In this document: positions 1 through 12,751 of the stretch, piece after piece
How positions within the stretch are numbered: the stretch's first letter is position 1
How the letters are laid out: each line of letters begins with the position of its first letter
NCBI RefSeq assembly: GCF_006345805.1
Contig: NC_042998.1
Location: 146,816,001 to 146,880,000 of the forward strand
Length of the DNA: 64,000 bases
Origin: Octopus sinensis
Taxonomy: Eukaryota
Direction of reading: 5' to 3'
The notes under the pieces: generated by a model
The model's database searches: none
Told to the model about the DNA's origin: nothing
Seen by the model: only the letters and a program-made list of their open reading frames with translations
Program-made: the position numbers and the translations under genes

Positions 1-159
1 TGAGGTTGACTTTGCCTTTCATCCTTTCATGATCGATTAAATAAGAACCAGTTACGCATTGGGGTTGATGTAATTGGCTTAATCCCTTTGTCTGTCCTTG
101 TTTGTCCCCTCTATGTTAAGCTCCTTTTGGGCAATAAAGGAATTAATTATTTTTATCAC

Positions 160-356
160 CTGTGCAGGTGGCACATAAAAAGCACCCACTACACTCACGG
201 AGTGGTTGGCGTTAGGAAGGGCATCAAGCTGTAGAAACATTGCCAGATAAGACTGGAGCCTGGGGCAGCCTTCTGGCTTCCCAGATCCCTGGTCGAACCG
301 TCCAACCCATGTTAGCATGGAGAACGGATGTTAAACGATGATGATGATGATGATGA
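160..356 (+). mobile_element. RTE 3'-tail copy (representative; others about 25600, 32720, 36070(-), 46395(-), 50880, 52080, 53140, 58900, 60045)
   Basis: GGCACATAAAAAGCACCCACTACACTC...GGAAGGGCATC..GCTGTAGAAAC...CCAACCCATG..AGCATGG...(GAT)n; same as the end of 41098-43651. Confidence 0.9.
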
Positions 357-2834
357 TAAATTTATGTTTGCAAAGAACTCCCCATCTACTCTATTGCATT
401 CACTGCATAAATAGCTATACATACATGTACAGACATGTATATGTGCACTCATGTGCACATAAAACCTGCTTGGTGGGTGGGCATTATTGTGTAGCCTCAA
501 TCATCTCTGATTAAGCAGACTTGTAGCTTTTAGATGATTGTTCGAATGCCTGACACAGACCACAGATCTCTTTCCTCTCCACTAAAGAATAGATTTCTTG
601 TTTATGAAAATAAATCTTGAAATTTATCTCTGGAAACTTTTTTCCTTGACTCATTTAAATTTGGAGGTATACAGCCTAGTGCTTAGGGTGTTGTATGCAT
701 GTGTGTTTGTGCGCATGTCTTTGCATCTGTTCCTTTCACAGCTTGACAACCAGTCTTAGTTTGTTTAAATCTTCATAACTTTGTGGTTCAGCAAAAGAGG
801 CAGATTTAATAAGTGTTAGACTTATAAAATTAAGTCCAGAAATTAATTTGATTGACAACCCAGCATGGTTGCAATTCAATAATTGAAACAAGTAAAAGAA
901 TTAAATAACTTGGCATGTTTTTAAGATATTGATTTCTTTTGATATGTTACAAGGACAATTTGTACAGAGGTGTGTCTGGGAGGTGGTGGTGGCTATAGTC
1001 TTTTGTACTGACTTATATCAGTTTTTTGTTAGTCATAAAATATCACTTTATTCTGTTTAATTATCTGTCTCATAGATTTGACATTTCATAATGGTATCAT
1101 TGAAGTTGTTTATGTTTTTGAAAAGCCAATACAATGCAAGTTATAAATAAGATAAGTGAATGCTCTGTATTTTAACATCTATTTTGATATTTCAGGGAGA
1201 TCGAAGTTTTGGTCTTGCTAGCTAGCTTTTCTGTTCTGTACTGTGTATATGTATATAGAGGAAGTACTTTGCATGCACAGGATAACTTTGCTATAATAGC
1301 CAGTTGCCTGTGTGCAGCTCAATTCTGTTGTTAATACATTGTTTGGTCTTGCTAATGATGATGGCTTCTTTATTCTCAAGTTTCCAATGTTTCATTCTAT
1401 TCTATTATTAAAATTAGTGTTTTTGCTCTATAAGGCAGTGAGTTTGCCTGAAAGGGTAGCCTCAAGAAAAAGGAACTGAAGGAGGTTCTAGATTACACTC
1501 ATGTGTATTATTGTGCTTTTTTTTATTATTATTATTATTATTCATCTCTGAACATAAATATCTACTGTATAGTAGGCACCTTGGGTAAACATCTATTATA
1601 ACTACTGATGCCTTGCAAGTCAGTTTGGTAGATAGGAAATACAGGAAGCTTGTTATGTATGTGGTGTGTGTATGCACGAGTGTGAATGTTCGCGTTCCTT
1701 GGTGACATTATGATCAGTTGGCTCTCTGCTTTTGAAAACCTGTAGACTATAAAATCCCTTAGGATAAACATGTAATGGTTGGTGACAGGAAGAGCATCTG
1801 GTTGTAAAATTTGACTTCCCTATCCAAAGATTTGCTTTTCTGGAGGGGAAGGACTGTGAAAAGTGTTTTATGTGTGGTGTGGGAAATTAAACAAAATAGT
1901 AACAGTGATGGTAAGATGAGAGAAAGATTGGTTGGGTAGCATTGTGTGGAGAAGGCTACTGTAGTTGTAGTAGTAGAAGAGAGAGAGAGAGAGGAAACCA
2001 TGTTTCTGTGAGCTAGTTATTGATGCATGTAGGTGAGGTGAACCACCAAAATATAAACTATTAATTATATTTGCTACTTATTCATAAATATTCCTTTCAT
2101 ATAGCAGAATGTGATAGTTGATTGGGATTACTTTTAACTGAAAATCTATATCACATATTTACATAATTACTTTTCTGAAGGATTTCTGAGATTTATGGGT
2201 CTTGAAATTTGCGTCATCAACACTACATTGAGCAAAGACTTTTTTCTTTCCCTATATTAAGTGTAAATGTGCAGTGGCCTAAGTGATTAATGTGTCCTAT
2301 TGACTAAAATATTATGAGTTCAGACCCTGCAGTGATTCTGTTTCATGCTCTCAAGTTAGTCATATTTCACCTTTAGCATCAGTCATTGTTTCCATTTTGT
2401 GAAGTTGATGCTTAGAGTACTCAGATGAAGAAGATGATGTTGAGAATTCTTAGATGAAGAAGTTGATGGTATGGTACTATTAATTCTAACCCTTCTGTTT
2501 GTAATTACATTAATCATATATATATATATATCATATTAACTGGAAGCACACAGCATACCTGGTCAATGGGTATCATCAGGCTGTTTTTTTAACACCGTAA
2601 TTTATTTAAAGTTTAGACGTAACTGCCTGAGACTGCCTGTAATTTAAAACTTACTATTCTAAAGTAATATAAATTAAAACTGTCCTTCAAAACTTCAAGT
2701 TATGTTCCAAATGTCAACTTAATACTGGCAAATATATTTTACTAAATTCTTCATTATTTAGAAAATTAATTGAAACAAAAGCAGTATATTTGAACAGAAA
2801 TATGGTATTGAAATGGTTAAAGATTATAGCTATA

Positions 2835-3230
2835 GGTGCAGGAATGGTTGTGTGGTAAGAAGCTTGCTTCCCAACCACATGGTTTTGGGTTCAGTCCCAC
2901 TGTGTGGCATTTTGGGCAAGTATCTTCTACTATAGCCTTTGGCCAACTAAAGTTTTGTGAGTGGATTTGGTAAATGGAAACTGAAAGAAGACTGTCATGT
3001 ATGCATATATGTGTGTGTGTGTCTGTGTTTATCCCCCACTACTTGACAACGGGGTATTGGTCTGTTTACATCTCTGTAACTTAGTTGTTTGGCAAGAGAG
3101 ATCAATAGAATAAGTCTCAGGCTTGAAAAAAAGAATACTGGGGTTGATTCATTTGACTAAAAGTTCGTCAAAGTGGTGCCCCAATATGGTCCCAGTCTAA
3201 TGACTGAAACATATAAAAGATAAAAGATAA
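2835..3230 (+). mobile_element. SINE family C, older copy (others about 3669, 4520, 12203+13300, 34900, 52950; minus about 12905, 16770, 26940, 55430)
   Basis: Same head, body and tail motifs, more diverged. Confidence 0.85.
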
Positions 3231-3876
3231 GATGCCATTGCAGATTTTTATAGTATCTATTAATGAAATTACAGACAATTAACTTAGAAAATAAAAAAAA
3301 AAGTTGCTTTTATCCATAATATATAAAAGAAATTAACAAAAATTAGATCAACATTTTTAAAGATTTATGCTGCTACACTATTACTAAAATGTTACAAATA
3401 AAAAAACTAAAAGATTGAACACCTGAAACTACCTAATAAACTACCAATTTAAAAGAAATAAACTCAATTAGATACTTAACCTTCCTTTTGAAGATTAAAA
3501 CATTGTTTGAATATAAAATCTATGTGAATGTAACATGAAAGATTCCATTAAATGAAATAAAAATTGCAAAAGATGAAAAGATTATTTCATCGGAAATTTA
3601 TTATTAAAAAAATTTTATGGAATAGCAACTAAGTCAACATTCCAAATCGAAAATTCATTTAAAACATTGGTGCAGGTATGGCTGAGAGGTTAAGATGTTC
3701 ACCTCTTAACCTTGTGGTTTCAGGTTCAGTCCTACTGTGCAGCGCCTTGAGTAAATGTCTTCTACTAAAGTCCCAGGCCTACTAATGCCTTGTGAGTGAA
3801 TTTAATAGCCATAAACTCTATGAAGCCTATCATATATGTGTGTGTGTGTGTGTGTATGTGTGTGTGTGTGTGTATG

Positions 3877-3921
<45 letters not shown>

Positions 3922-4012
3922 TATGTAGTGAGAATTTTCAAAAAAAAAAAAGACAAAGACGGGTGTTTAAACAAGCAGATGTATTAGTTTAATGCTCAGG
4001 AGGTGAGAAAGT

Positions 4013-4048
4013 CTTTTACATTTCGAGCCTATGCTCTTCGACAGAAAG
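4013..4048 (-). ncRNA. Minimal hammerhead-like motif (non-canonical U6) in Penelope pLTR-like fragment 3920-4140
   Basis: CUUU-CUGUCGA-A-GAGC AUAG GCUC-GAAA-UGU-A-AAAG, followed on the same strand by ATTAAA. Confidence 0.45.
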
Positions 4049-4140
4049 GAACACAGAAATAAACAGGGAGAGGAAAAATAAAAAGAAAAAGGTTTAGTGG
4101 CTAGCAATCTATCATGGCGAATATACGTATGTATGTATAA

Positions 4141-4216
4141 CAAGGAAAATGGAGTGAGCAAGTCCTTTTATTTATTATTTATGAAATAAAAAGACTTGTT
4201 CACTCTATTCTCCTTG
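4141..4216. repeat. 76-nt near-perfect hairpin
   Basis: 30-nt arms with 2 mismatches plus G.U pairs, 16-nt AT-rich loop. Confidence 0.85.
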
Positions 4217-4620
4217 GTTATACTTGTAGAAATCTGTGAATATTTGCAGATTTTCAAACATGTCTGATATAACAAACAATCTCTGGATTACCATTTCACT
4301 GATAGCCTGCTTCAGTGCATGAACTTAATAGAGTAAACTTCAGGTTTGACACCCCAATGATATATATATATCAGTGGTGTTTGGGTATAAGCTGATTTAA
4401 TTTCTACTAACACTGACTTCAAGTATGTAATTTCAGCCAATAACTTGGGCTCCTTTTATTGAGCCTGGTTTCAGTTCATTTATTTTCGTTCAGCATCTGG
4501 TGGTATCTTAGAAGTGCCCTGGCACCTTGGGCAAGTGTTTTCTACTATTGCCTTGGGCCGACCAAAGCCTTGTGAGTGAATTTAGTAGATGGAGAGAAAC
4601 CTGTCGTATATGTGTGTTTG

Positions 4621-4653
<33 letters not shown>

Positions 4654-5444
4654 TATATATATATACATAGGTATGTATGTGTGTGTATATGTTTGTGTGT
4701 CTGTTTGTCCCCTCCAGCATCGCTTGACAACTGATGCTGGTGTGTTTACATCCCTGTAACTTAGCAGTTCGGCAAAAGAGACCGATAGAATAAGTACTAG
4801 GCTTACAAAGAATAAGCTCTGGGGTCGATTTGCTTGACTACAAAGCCGGTGCTCCAGCATGGCCGCAGTCAAATGACTGAAACAAGTAAAAGAGAGAGTA
4901 GTAGACAGTTTCTTGACATCATTCACATGCACCTGACTAAAGCTCAGAAGTTACAGTCTGAGTTGTTATCTATAATCGTAAAAATTAAAAGTAATTCAAA
5001 TTCAATGTTTTCATGAAACAATAAATTTCTGAGGGGATTAGTATTTAAATTCCAATCTATGAAAAGTTTCCATTCTACAATATTCTCAAAGGAACGAAAA
5101 TTTATCCAGCAACTCGGGCTAAAACAAATGTGCCTAGTAGGTGTAAAAAACTAACTGGCATCTCTTGTCAAGAGTACAGCTGACAGTGAGAACACTCCCG
5201 TTTGTTGTGCACTCCACTGTTATTTGATTGCTGCTATTCTGTGTGTCTGTGTGCAAAGATCAGTTGTGTTTTGCAAGGTTGGTTTATTTTCATGCTTAAC
5301 TTAGAAATGGAGAAAGACATAGTGCTAGATATACAAAAATAATCCATTTGGGGCTAGAAATAAAGTGGAAAATTCTTCAAGCAGGCATATGCCTTATGCG
5401 AAATATATGATGAGCTCGACTGATGGTGATGACCTGGAGTTGCC

Positions 5445-5667
5445 TCTGATATATATATATATGTATGTATATTCCCCCCTTCCATTGCTAAGAGCATTTT
5501 TAAGCCAGCCCGTCAGTTCAACCTTCGCATATTCCCGTGTCAGGCCGAAGAACGAAATGTTCCCAAGATAAGAGTCTTTCTAATCTAATGTTGTGGTTGA
5601 GCTGTTTTGTTTATTTATTATTATTAGTATTAGTATTGTCCCTTTGATCCCCTGGTCGACAGTTTGC

Positions 5668-5701
<34 letters not shown>

Positions 5702-6054
5702 TTTCAGCTTCGCCTCGTATTGCATATTATTTCTCCATACAGGGTTTTTTTTTTTTTTTTTTTTTTCAATGGCGGCCCATTTTCGCGGGGTTCCACTGTT
5801 CCCTTCCCTTCTCTCTCTCTCTCTCCCTCTCTCACGTTGTCTGCCATTCCCCCCTTCCATTGCTAAAAGCATTTTTAAGCCAGCCCGTCAGTTCAACCTT
5901 CGCATATTCCCGTGTCAGGCCGAAGAACGAAATGTTCCCAAGATAAGAGTCTTTCTAATCTAATGTTGTGGTTGAGCTGTTTTGTTTATTTATTATTATT
6001 ATTACTATTATTAGTATTAGTATTGTCCCTTTGATCCCCTGGTCGACAGTTTGC

Positions 6055-6097
<43 letters not shown>

Positions 6098-7032
6098 TTT
6101 CAGCTTCGCCTCGTATTGCATATTATTTCTCCATACAGGGGTTTTTTTTTTTTTCAATGGCGGCCCATTTTCGCGGGGTTCCACTGTTCCCTTCCCTTCT
6201 CTCTCTCTCTCCCTCTCTCACGTCTGCCATTCCCCCCTTCCATTGCTAAAAGCATTTTTAAGCCAGCCCGTCAGTTCAACCTTCGCATATTCCCGGTGCA
6301 CCCGCCCTTGCCCACCCCCACCACCAATACCGGATATCTCTATATTTTTGCTCCATCTATACCGGATGTCGCTTCTCCCACCACCATTATAGGTGTCTAC
6401 TCTTCGAACCCCCCTCTTCAATACGCTATTTCACCATGCATTACCCCTCTCTTGATATCCTACGTTCTACTTGCCTAGAACCTGTCATCATTTCTCTGAA
6501 CCACCCCTCCCCACTGGTGCTCCCCTATATATTTCTGCCCCCCCCCCCCACATAAAAAAAAAGCACCATCCGAACGTGGCCGATGCCAGACCCCTCTGGC
6601 ACCTGTGCAGGTGGCACGTAAAAAACACCCACTACACTCGCGGAGTGGTTGTCGTTAGGAAGGGCATCCAGCTGTAGAAACACTGCCAGACTAGACTGGA
6701 GCCTGGGGCAGTCCCTAGCTCCCCAGACCCCGGTCGAAACCGTCCAACCCGTGCTAGCGCGGAAAACGGACGTTAAACGATGATGATGATGATGATGATA
6801 TATATATATATATATGTATGTATATTCCCCCCTTCCATTGCTAAGAGCATTTTTAAGCCAGCCCGTCAGTTCAACCTTCGCATATTCCCGTGTCAGGCCG
6901 AAGAACGAAATGTTCCCAAGATAAGAGTCTTTCTAATCTAATGTTGTGGTTGAGCTGTTTTGTTTATTTATTATTATTATTACTATTATTAGTATTAGTA
7001 TTGTCCCTTTGATCCCCTGGTCGACAGTTTGC

Positions 7033-7069
<37 letters not shown>

Positions 7070-7767
7070 TTTCAGCTTCGCCTCGTATTGCATATTATTT
7101 CTCCATACAGGGGTTTTTTTTTTTTTCAATGGCGGCCCATTTTCGCGGGGTTCCACTGTTCCCTTCCCTTCTCTCTCTCTCTCCCTCTCTCACGTTGTCT
7201 GCCATTCCCCCCTTCCATTGCTAAAAGCATTTTTAAGCCAGCCCGTCAGTTCAACCTTCGCATATTCCCGGTGCACCCGCCCTTGCCCACCCCCACCACC
7301 AATACCGGATATCTCTATATTTTTGCTCCATCTATACCGGATGTCGCTTCTCCCACCACCATTATAGGTGTCTACTCTTCGAACCCCCCTCTTCAATACG
7401 CTATTTCACCATGCATTACCCCTCTCTTGATATCCTACGTTCTACTTGCCTAGAACCTGTCATCATTTCTCTGAACCACCCCTCCCCACTGGTGCTCCCC
7501 TATATATTTCTGCCCCCCCCACATAAAAAAAAAAGCACCATCCGAACGTGGCCGATGCCAGACCCCTCTGGCACCTGTGCAGGTGGCACGTAAAAAACAC
7601 CCACTACACTCGCGGAGTGGTTGTCGTTAGGAAGGGCATCCAGCTGTAGAAACACTGCCAGACTAGACTGGAGCCTGGGGCAGTCCCTAGCTCCCCAGAC
7701 CCCGGTCGAAACCGTCCAACCCGTGCTAGCGCGGAAAACGGACGTTAAACGATGATGATGATGATGA

Positions 7768-7799
<32 letters not shown>
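5445..7799. repeat. Young higher-order tandem repeat H-X-H-X-H-Y-RTEtail / H-X-H-Y-RTEtail
   Basis: 65-bp H at 5472, 5847, 6230, 6825 and 7205; about 310-bp X three times; about 255-bp Y plus RTE tail twice; copies near-identical except for microsatellite lengths. Confidence 0.95.
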
Positions 7800-7803
<4 letters not shown>

Positions 7804-8697
7804 ATGTATGTTTGTGTGTGTGTTAAATAGGTGAAGATTATGGCCCTGTTCCTAACTCAAAGTACATCCTATAGTGGTGGTTTTTAACCTGGGCAAAAGT
7901 GCTCTCTTGGTGGTGTTTGGAGCACATAAAGAGACTTTATAGGAGACTTAGCATATTTAGTGGGAGTCATAATTTTTTTTGTACAAGTAAAATATTTAAA
8001 CCATAAAAAAACTTATATATTTGCAACACATTTTTTAAAAAAAAACATCTTAGTTGAGATAAGAATAGAATATTTTGCTATTAGTGAGCAGAAAATATGA
8101 CTTATGATCTGCTAATGGTCAATATGATTTCATTATATAAGGATTGCATCATACTCCACTGTCTACTTTGACAGTTTCATCATATCTTTTTCTTGTGTGT
8201 ACCAGAACCATATTCTAAAATGTCCTTTTTCTAAGACAATAGGGTGCAATTTGTTAAAATGGAATTTGGCTGCTATTTATTGCATGTCAGGCAACCATGA
8301 GGCAGCTCCTGTTGGTTATGATGGAATAAAATAAAAATTAAATATAATTTTTAGGTCTACTTAATTATATTGTTAAATAAAAAGAAAGTAAAAACTTGGT
8401 TTCAACTTCCTGTGTGTTTCAATTCTTGGAAAAAATGTAATGAAAGAGGCACTGGTATTATCTGAACTACTGGTCAGTTAGTCAGTGTGCTATGAATGTT
8501 GAATGGATGCACTCTGAGTTCAAATTCTGCTGAGGTCAGATAAGCATCCAGTCCAATATTCTTATCATTCTGACAGTCCACTAAGCAGTACTAAGCACAA
8601 AAAAACTGATAACCACTAATCAACAGTAAATGTCTGCTACTTCATTCTATTTGATAACAAGGTATAGTGAACATTAAAAATAAAAATTAAATGCGCC

Positions 8698-8935
8698 CTT
8701 TTAAAGCCTAACCACACTCATGGGCCCAGTTTCCCGTTTCAATGGCGTATGTGTTCCCCAGCTGGACGGGACACCAGTCCATCGCAGCGTTCCTCACTTT
8801 TGCCAGCTGAGTGGGCTGGAGCAACGTGAAATGAAGTGTTTTGCTCGAGAACACAACGCGTCGCCTGGTCCAGGAATCGAAACCACAATCTTATGATCAT
8901 GATGCTGACACTCTAACCACTAAGCTACGCGCCTC
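8698..8935 (-). mobile_element. tRNA-derived SINE family B with CORE-like and V-like segments (others about 10160-10410 and 47080-47268, minus)
   Basis: Minus: GAGGCGCGTAGCTTAGTGGTTAG..GGTTTCGATTCC..GAGCAAAACACTTCATTTCAC..GCGATGGACTGGTGTCCCGTCCAG. Confidence 0.8.
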
Positions 8936-8967
8936 ATGTTAATTAATTGAAATGAAGTGATTAGGAT

Positions 8968-9189
8968 TTAACCCTTTAGCATTCAGACTGCTCTGTCAAA
9001 TGTAATGATCAACATTCTTTTGAATTAATCATGCATTATCTCATAGCTCTCACAACTTCAATAGTGTGATTGTTTTTTCTGAAAGTAACATTGCAGAGTA
9101 GGTGTGAGAGGTTGCAAATGGCTGGTTTGAATATAAAGCAGGTAGAACATTTGGGCTGGACATGGTTGGTTTAAATTCTAAAGGGTGAA
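8968..9189 (+). mobile_element. piggyBac-type MITE family 1 (others about 32935, 45095, 47357; 58230-58447 minus)
   Basis: TTAA|CCCTTTAGCATT ... AATGCTAAAGGG|TTAA termini across copies. Confidence 0.75.
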
Positions 9190-9816
9190 AGTCAGTGGAT
9201 TGGCAGAATGATAAAAATGTTGGACTGGATGCCTTGTGACATTTATCTCAGCTTTCTATATCTTGAGTTCAAATCCTGCCATGGCCTACTTGGTTGATAG
9301 AATTAATCAGTTGTCCAGTTGTGTTTGGCATCTTGGGTACATTTTGCAAGGTCCACACTATGACAAGCATTTGAGAATACTTTCTTCTCACCCTTCCTCA
9401 CATCAATCTCAAAGGCTCTCTAACAGGCCATGGGCGCTGCCTTTCCTCTTGACAAAAATACTAAAAAGAGAAACAAGAGAAAAATAACAAAAGAGTTAAA
9501 TATCAAAGGGAATCTTGGTCTTGCAAGCTGCTTAGTAATCTCACTAGTTCCATGGAGAAAGCACCTAGTACATGCTGCCAAGTGCTTGGCATTAAGGAGG
9601 GCATTGAACCATAGAAACCATACCCAACCAGACCGTAGAACATAATGCAGTCCAAAAACTTGGATTCCAACAAACTATCCAACCTGTGCTAGTATGGAAC
9701 GTGGATGTTAAATGAGAATGATGACTACAATGATGATAATGTATTGCTAACACTATAGTAATAACGATAATCTGAAAAACTATGTATTAAAGATTCTATC
9801 ATTTTATTTTTTTCAG

Positions 9817-10023
9817 TTGGAACAATGGGACCAATCATCTCTTATTCAACATGCTCCCTGGAGGCATGATGGAATATAGTACTATTCTTAGTGTCAAGAC
9901 AGACAAGGCTATCATTGCAGGAGGTGGATTTTCTACATGGACTTACCGAGAGACTTATGATGTATCCATTCCTGTCTTCAATCCTCTTGTTGCTAAGGTT
10001 AAGCTCCCTAATTTACCTATCAC
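9817..10023 (+). CDS. EXT2: Exostosin-2, first coding exon in window (GT47/exostosin domain), phase 2/2
   Basis: tttcag|T...AC|gtaagt. Translates [68 protein letters not shown], matching recalled human EXT2 [16 protein letters not shown]...[20 protein letters not shown]. Confidence 0.95.
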
Positions 10024-11063
10024 GTAAGTCTATTTCTACTTTCCAATGTTTTTTTCCTTTTCCTTTCTTATATTTTACAAATAAAGCTGTCTGTCTGTTA
10101 CTCTGTTTTCCACAGGTCATAAGTCAAATATCATCATCATCATTATTATCATCATCCCTTGGAGAGTACTGTCTTGAGTCCTAGAAATCATAGGGCTAGT
10201 TACTTGGTTTCCATGACAAAGATCACAATGCACCCCCTGAATGGGATACTAGCCCATGCAGAATAACTCATTTACTGCTTAGTGGACTGGAGCAATGTAA
10301 AATTAAGTGTTTTGCTTAAGAACACAGCTCACTGCCCAGTCAGGAAATTGAAACTATAATCTTGTTTTCATGTGTGCAACATCTTAACCACTAGGCCACA
10401 TGCTTTCACTTAAATACCAAATACCCAGGGTTGAAATTTTTTCTCTGATATTAATTCAATGAGTGCACCTGTTTGACTTTGCAAACAACCTTAACCCTTT
10501 TTTTTAAATATGTTGCCTTTATTTGAATTAATTTTGAAAATAAGAAGTTATTAAAATAACTGACGTTTGGGTCATGAAATTTTCTTACAAATATTATTAT
10601 ATTTCTTGTTCTTATGAACAAGAAAGATATGCACCACCCCTTGCCAAGTTTTACTGATTCTAACTCTAACCCCTTGCTAGGCTTTAGAACTATAAACTCT
10701 CTTAAACTCCGTCTCATTACACCTTTTCTTTGTCAGGTTAACTTTTAGATGGGAGTTCAAAATGAGCACCAACAGCATCGACATTAGCTGTTAAGGAGAG
10801 CCTTTAAGGGATAAAGGGACTGCCCCTCTTCACACATAAAATAAGAATAAAAATATTCTGTAGGGTCTTAGTGGATTTTTGGAGATTTTTGCAGGTAAAA
10901 ATTATAATTACCATAATTTGTAATTTAGCATAAATCTCTTCTATTCCAATGTAAAATTTATATATCAATTACACTATAACTTTTGCAAGATGTTTCATAT
11001 ATATATATGTGTGTGTGTATTTTTTTTATTTTTTCATAACATTTCAGCCCAAAGGCTGAGGGC

Positions 11064-11108
<45 letters not shown>

Positions 11109-12588
11109 GTATGTATATATATTTGTATGCATTTATCATATGTACATACATGCATATACATACGTACACACACATACACACACACATATATGTATATATA
11201 CACACACCTTTACACTTACATACATATACTTAAATTTATTTATTTATTTCATTTGTTTGTTCATTTATAGTAACCAAATTATACACTGAGTGACATTTTC
11301 AATTTGCCAACTTGTATCTTTTGATACATGCACCTGAGACTTTAGCACTCTCATGGGTATGTTTTTGTAATATTTTTTTAAGTAGTACAAGTTCTGCTGT
11401 TTATTCCATGATTCTGACATTTCAGTGACTTAACTTTTCTGTCAATAAATATTACAAAGTCAGTAGTGTTGTGTTTCATCAAAACTTTTCTAGGAATTTC
11501 CAGAATTGTATTCCAATAAGTAACAGGTCTTTAGGATTATCATGTGTACAATTTCTACACATTATACAATATATTGGAAATGGACTTTAGTTATTCTTCA
11601 AACTAGCAGAAATACTGCTCTCTGGAAAGTTTTCTACTAGTTTCTAAATATTTACACTTTTGATTCTCATTTTGTGTAATTTCTCTCACATGTCACATCT
11701 AATTTTCCTTTCTATCTTAATTTGTTTAATAGTACTCACTTGCTCAGTAATTACCTACAGATGCGTGACCCCGCTCCCTCCACCAACTCTCTTTCCTCAT
11801 AAGTTTCAGAAAAATAGGTATTTTTTATGGAAATTTTCTACAATTTCTTTTCAGAAGGTGTAAATTACAATTATATCAGAATTTAATGTAAAAAAATTGA
11901 GACAGGTTGGATATTACATGCATTTTGACTTTGTTTCCTCATACATTTTAGTGATGTAGATTACAGTTTTGTTGAAAAAGAATTGCTTTTGAGACCAATG
12001 TAATTCCTGCTATTTCTAGCATACTAAATGACCATGTGCAGGGTGGGGTACTTTTGAGTTTATTTAAAAGTGAGAGATTAAAACTGATAAAATAATGAAA
12101 GAAATATGTATTCAATTGTACTCATTTTTCTACAAAGATTTCTTTCAGAGAATTTTTAGCAAAGGGTGAAATAGTCCTTAAAAGTTTATTCTTTTTTCAA
12201 CAGATGCAGGTGTGGCTGTGTGGTTAAGAAGCTTGCTTCACAACCATATGGTTCGGGATTCAGTCCCTCTGTGCGGCACCTTGGGCAAGTGTCTTCTACT
12301 ATAGCCTTGGGCTGACTAAATCCTTATTAGTGGATTTGTTAGACAGAAACAGAAAGAATATATATATATCTAATTATAAATGTATGTGTGTTTTTTTTCA
12401 GTGTTTACAAATGACACAGAAAAATAAATAAATAGTTACCAGGGAAGCAAAAATTCACACAAGTACCAAAGATGTAACAGCCTATTTATAAAGGTAGAAA
12501 CTCCAGGTTTAGGTGAAATGATTTTGTATAATATAGATAGATAAATATATAAATGGAGTTAAACGCAGGTGTTATTCAAATCTTTTTA

Positions 12589-12676
12589 CTTCCGACATAT
12601 GTTTCAAAGAAAACATTGGTATTATTCCAGAAGGAATAAAATGGTGTAAAACAATGCAATCTTCTCATCAGGGAAA
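12589..12676 (-). ncRNA. Type I hammerhead ribozyme motif, complete core
   Basis: Minus strand: UUUCC-CUGAUGA-G AAGA..CAUUG[loop]CAAUG..UCUU U-GAAA-CAUAUG-UC|GGAAG. Stem I UUUCC/GGAAG, palindromic stem III ACAUAUGU, GUC site. Folded by eye. Confidence 0.75.
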
Positions 12677-12751
12677 GAAAGAAACCAAACATATCAATAA
12701 GACATTTTAACAGAATCATCACATGTCTTATTGATATGTTTGGTTTCTTTT

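Noticed and set aside
2545-2582. Minus-strand CTGATGA with TACC/GGTA stem
   Set aside because: No GAAA after the stem; part of a MITE end.
5540-5570. Hammerhead-like CCGAAGA-AC-GAAA-UGUU in the X repeat
   Set aside because: U4C, no stem II, and only 2 bp of stem I.
5472-7269. CRISPR-like array (65-bp repeat H)
   Set aside because: Spacers are repeated and 300-500 bp long, the context is eukaryotic, and there are no cas genes.
8860-8935. tRNA gene
   Set aside because: tRNA-like SINE head without an acceptor-stem 3' strand; it continues into the SINE body.
1-9816. First EXT2 coding exon (TM anchor to ...AQL)
   Set aside because: No matching translation found by eye; presumed upstream of the window. 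Short diverged exons could have been missed.
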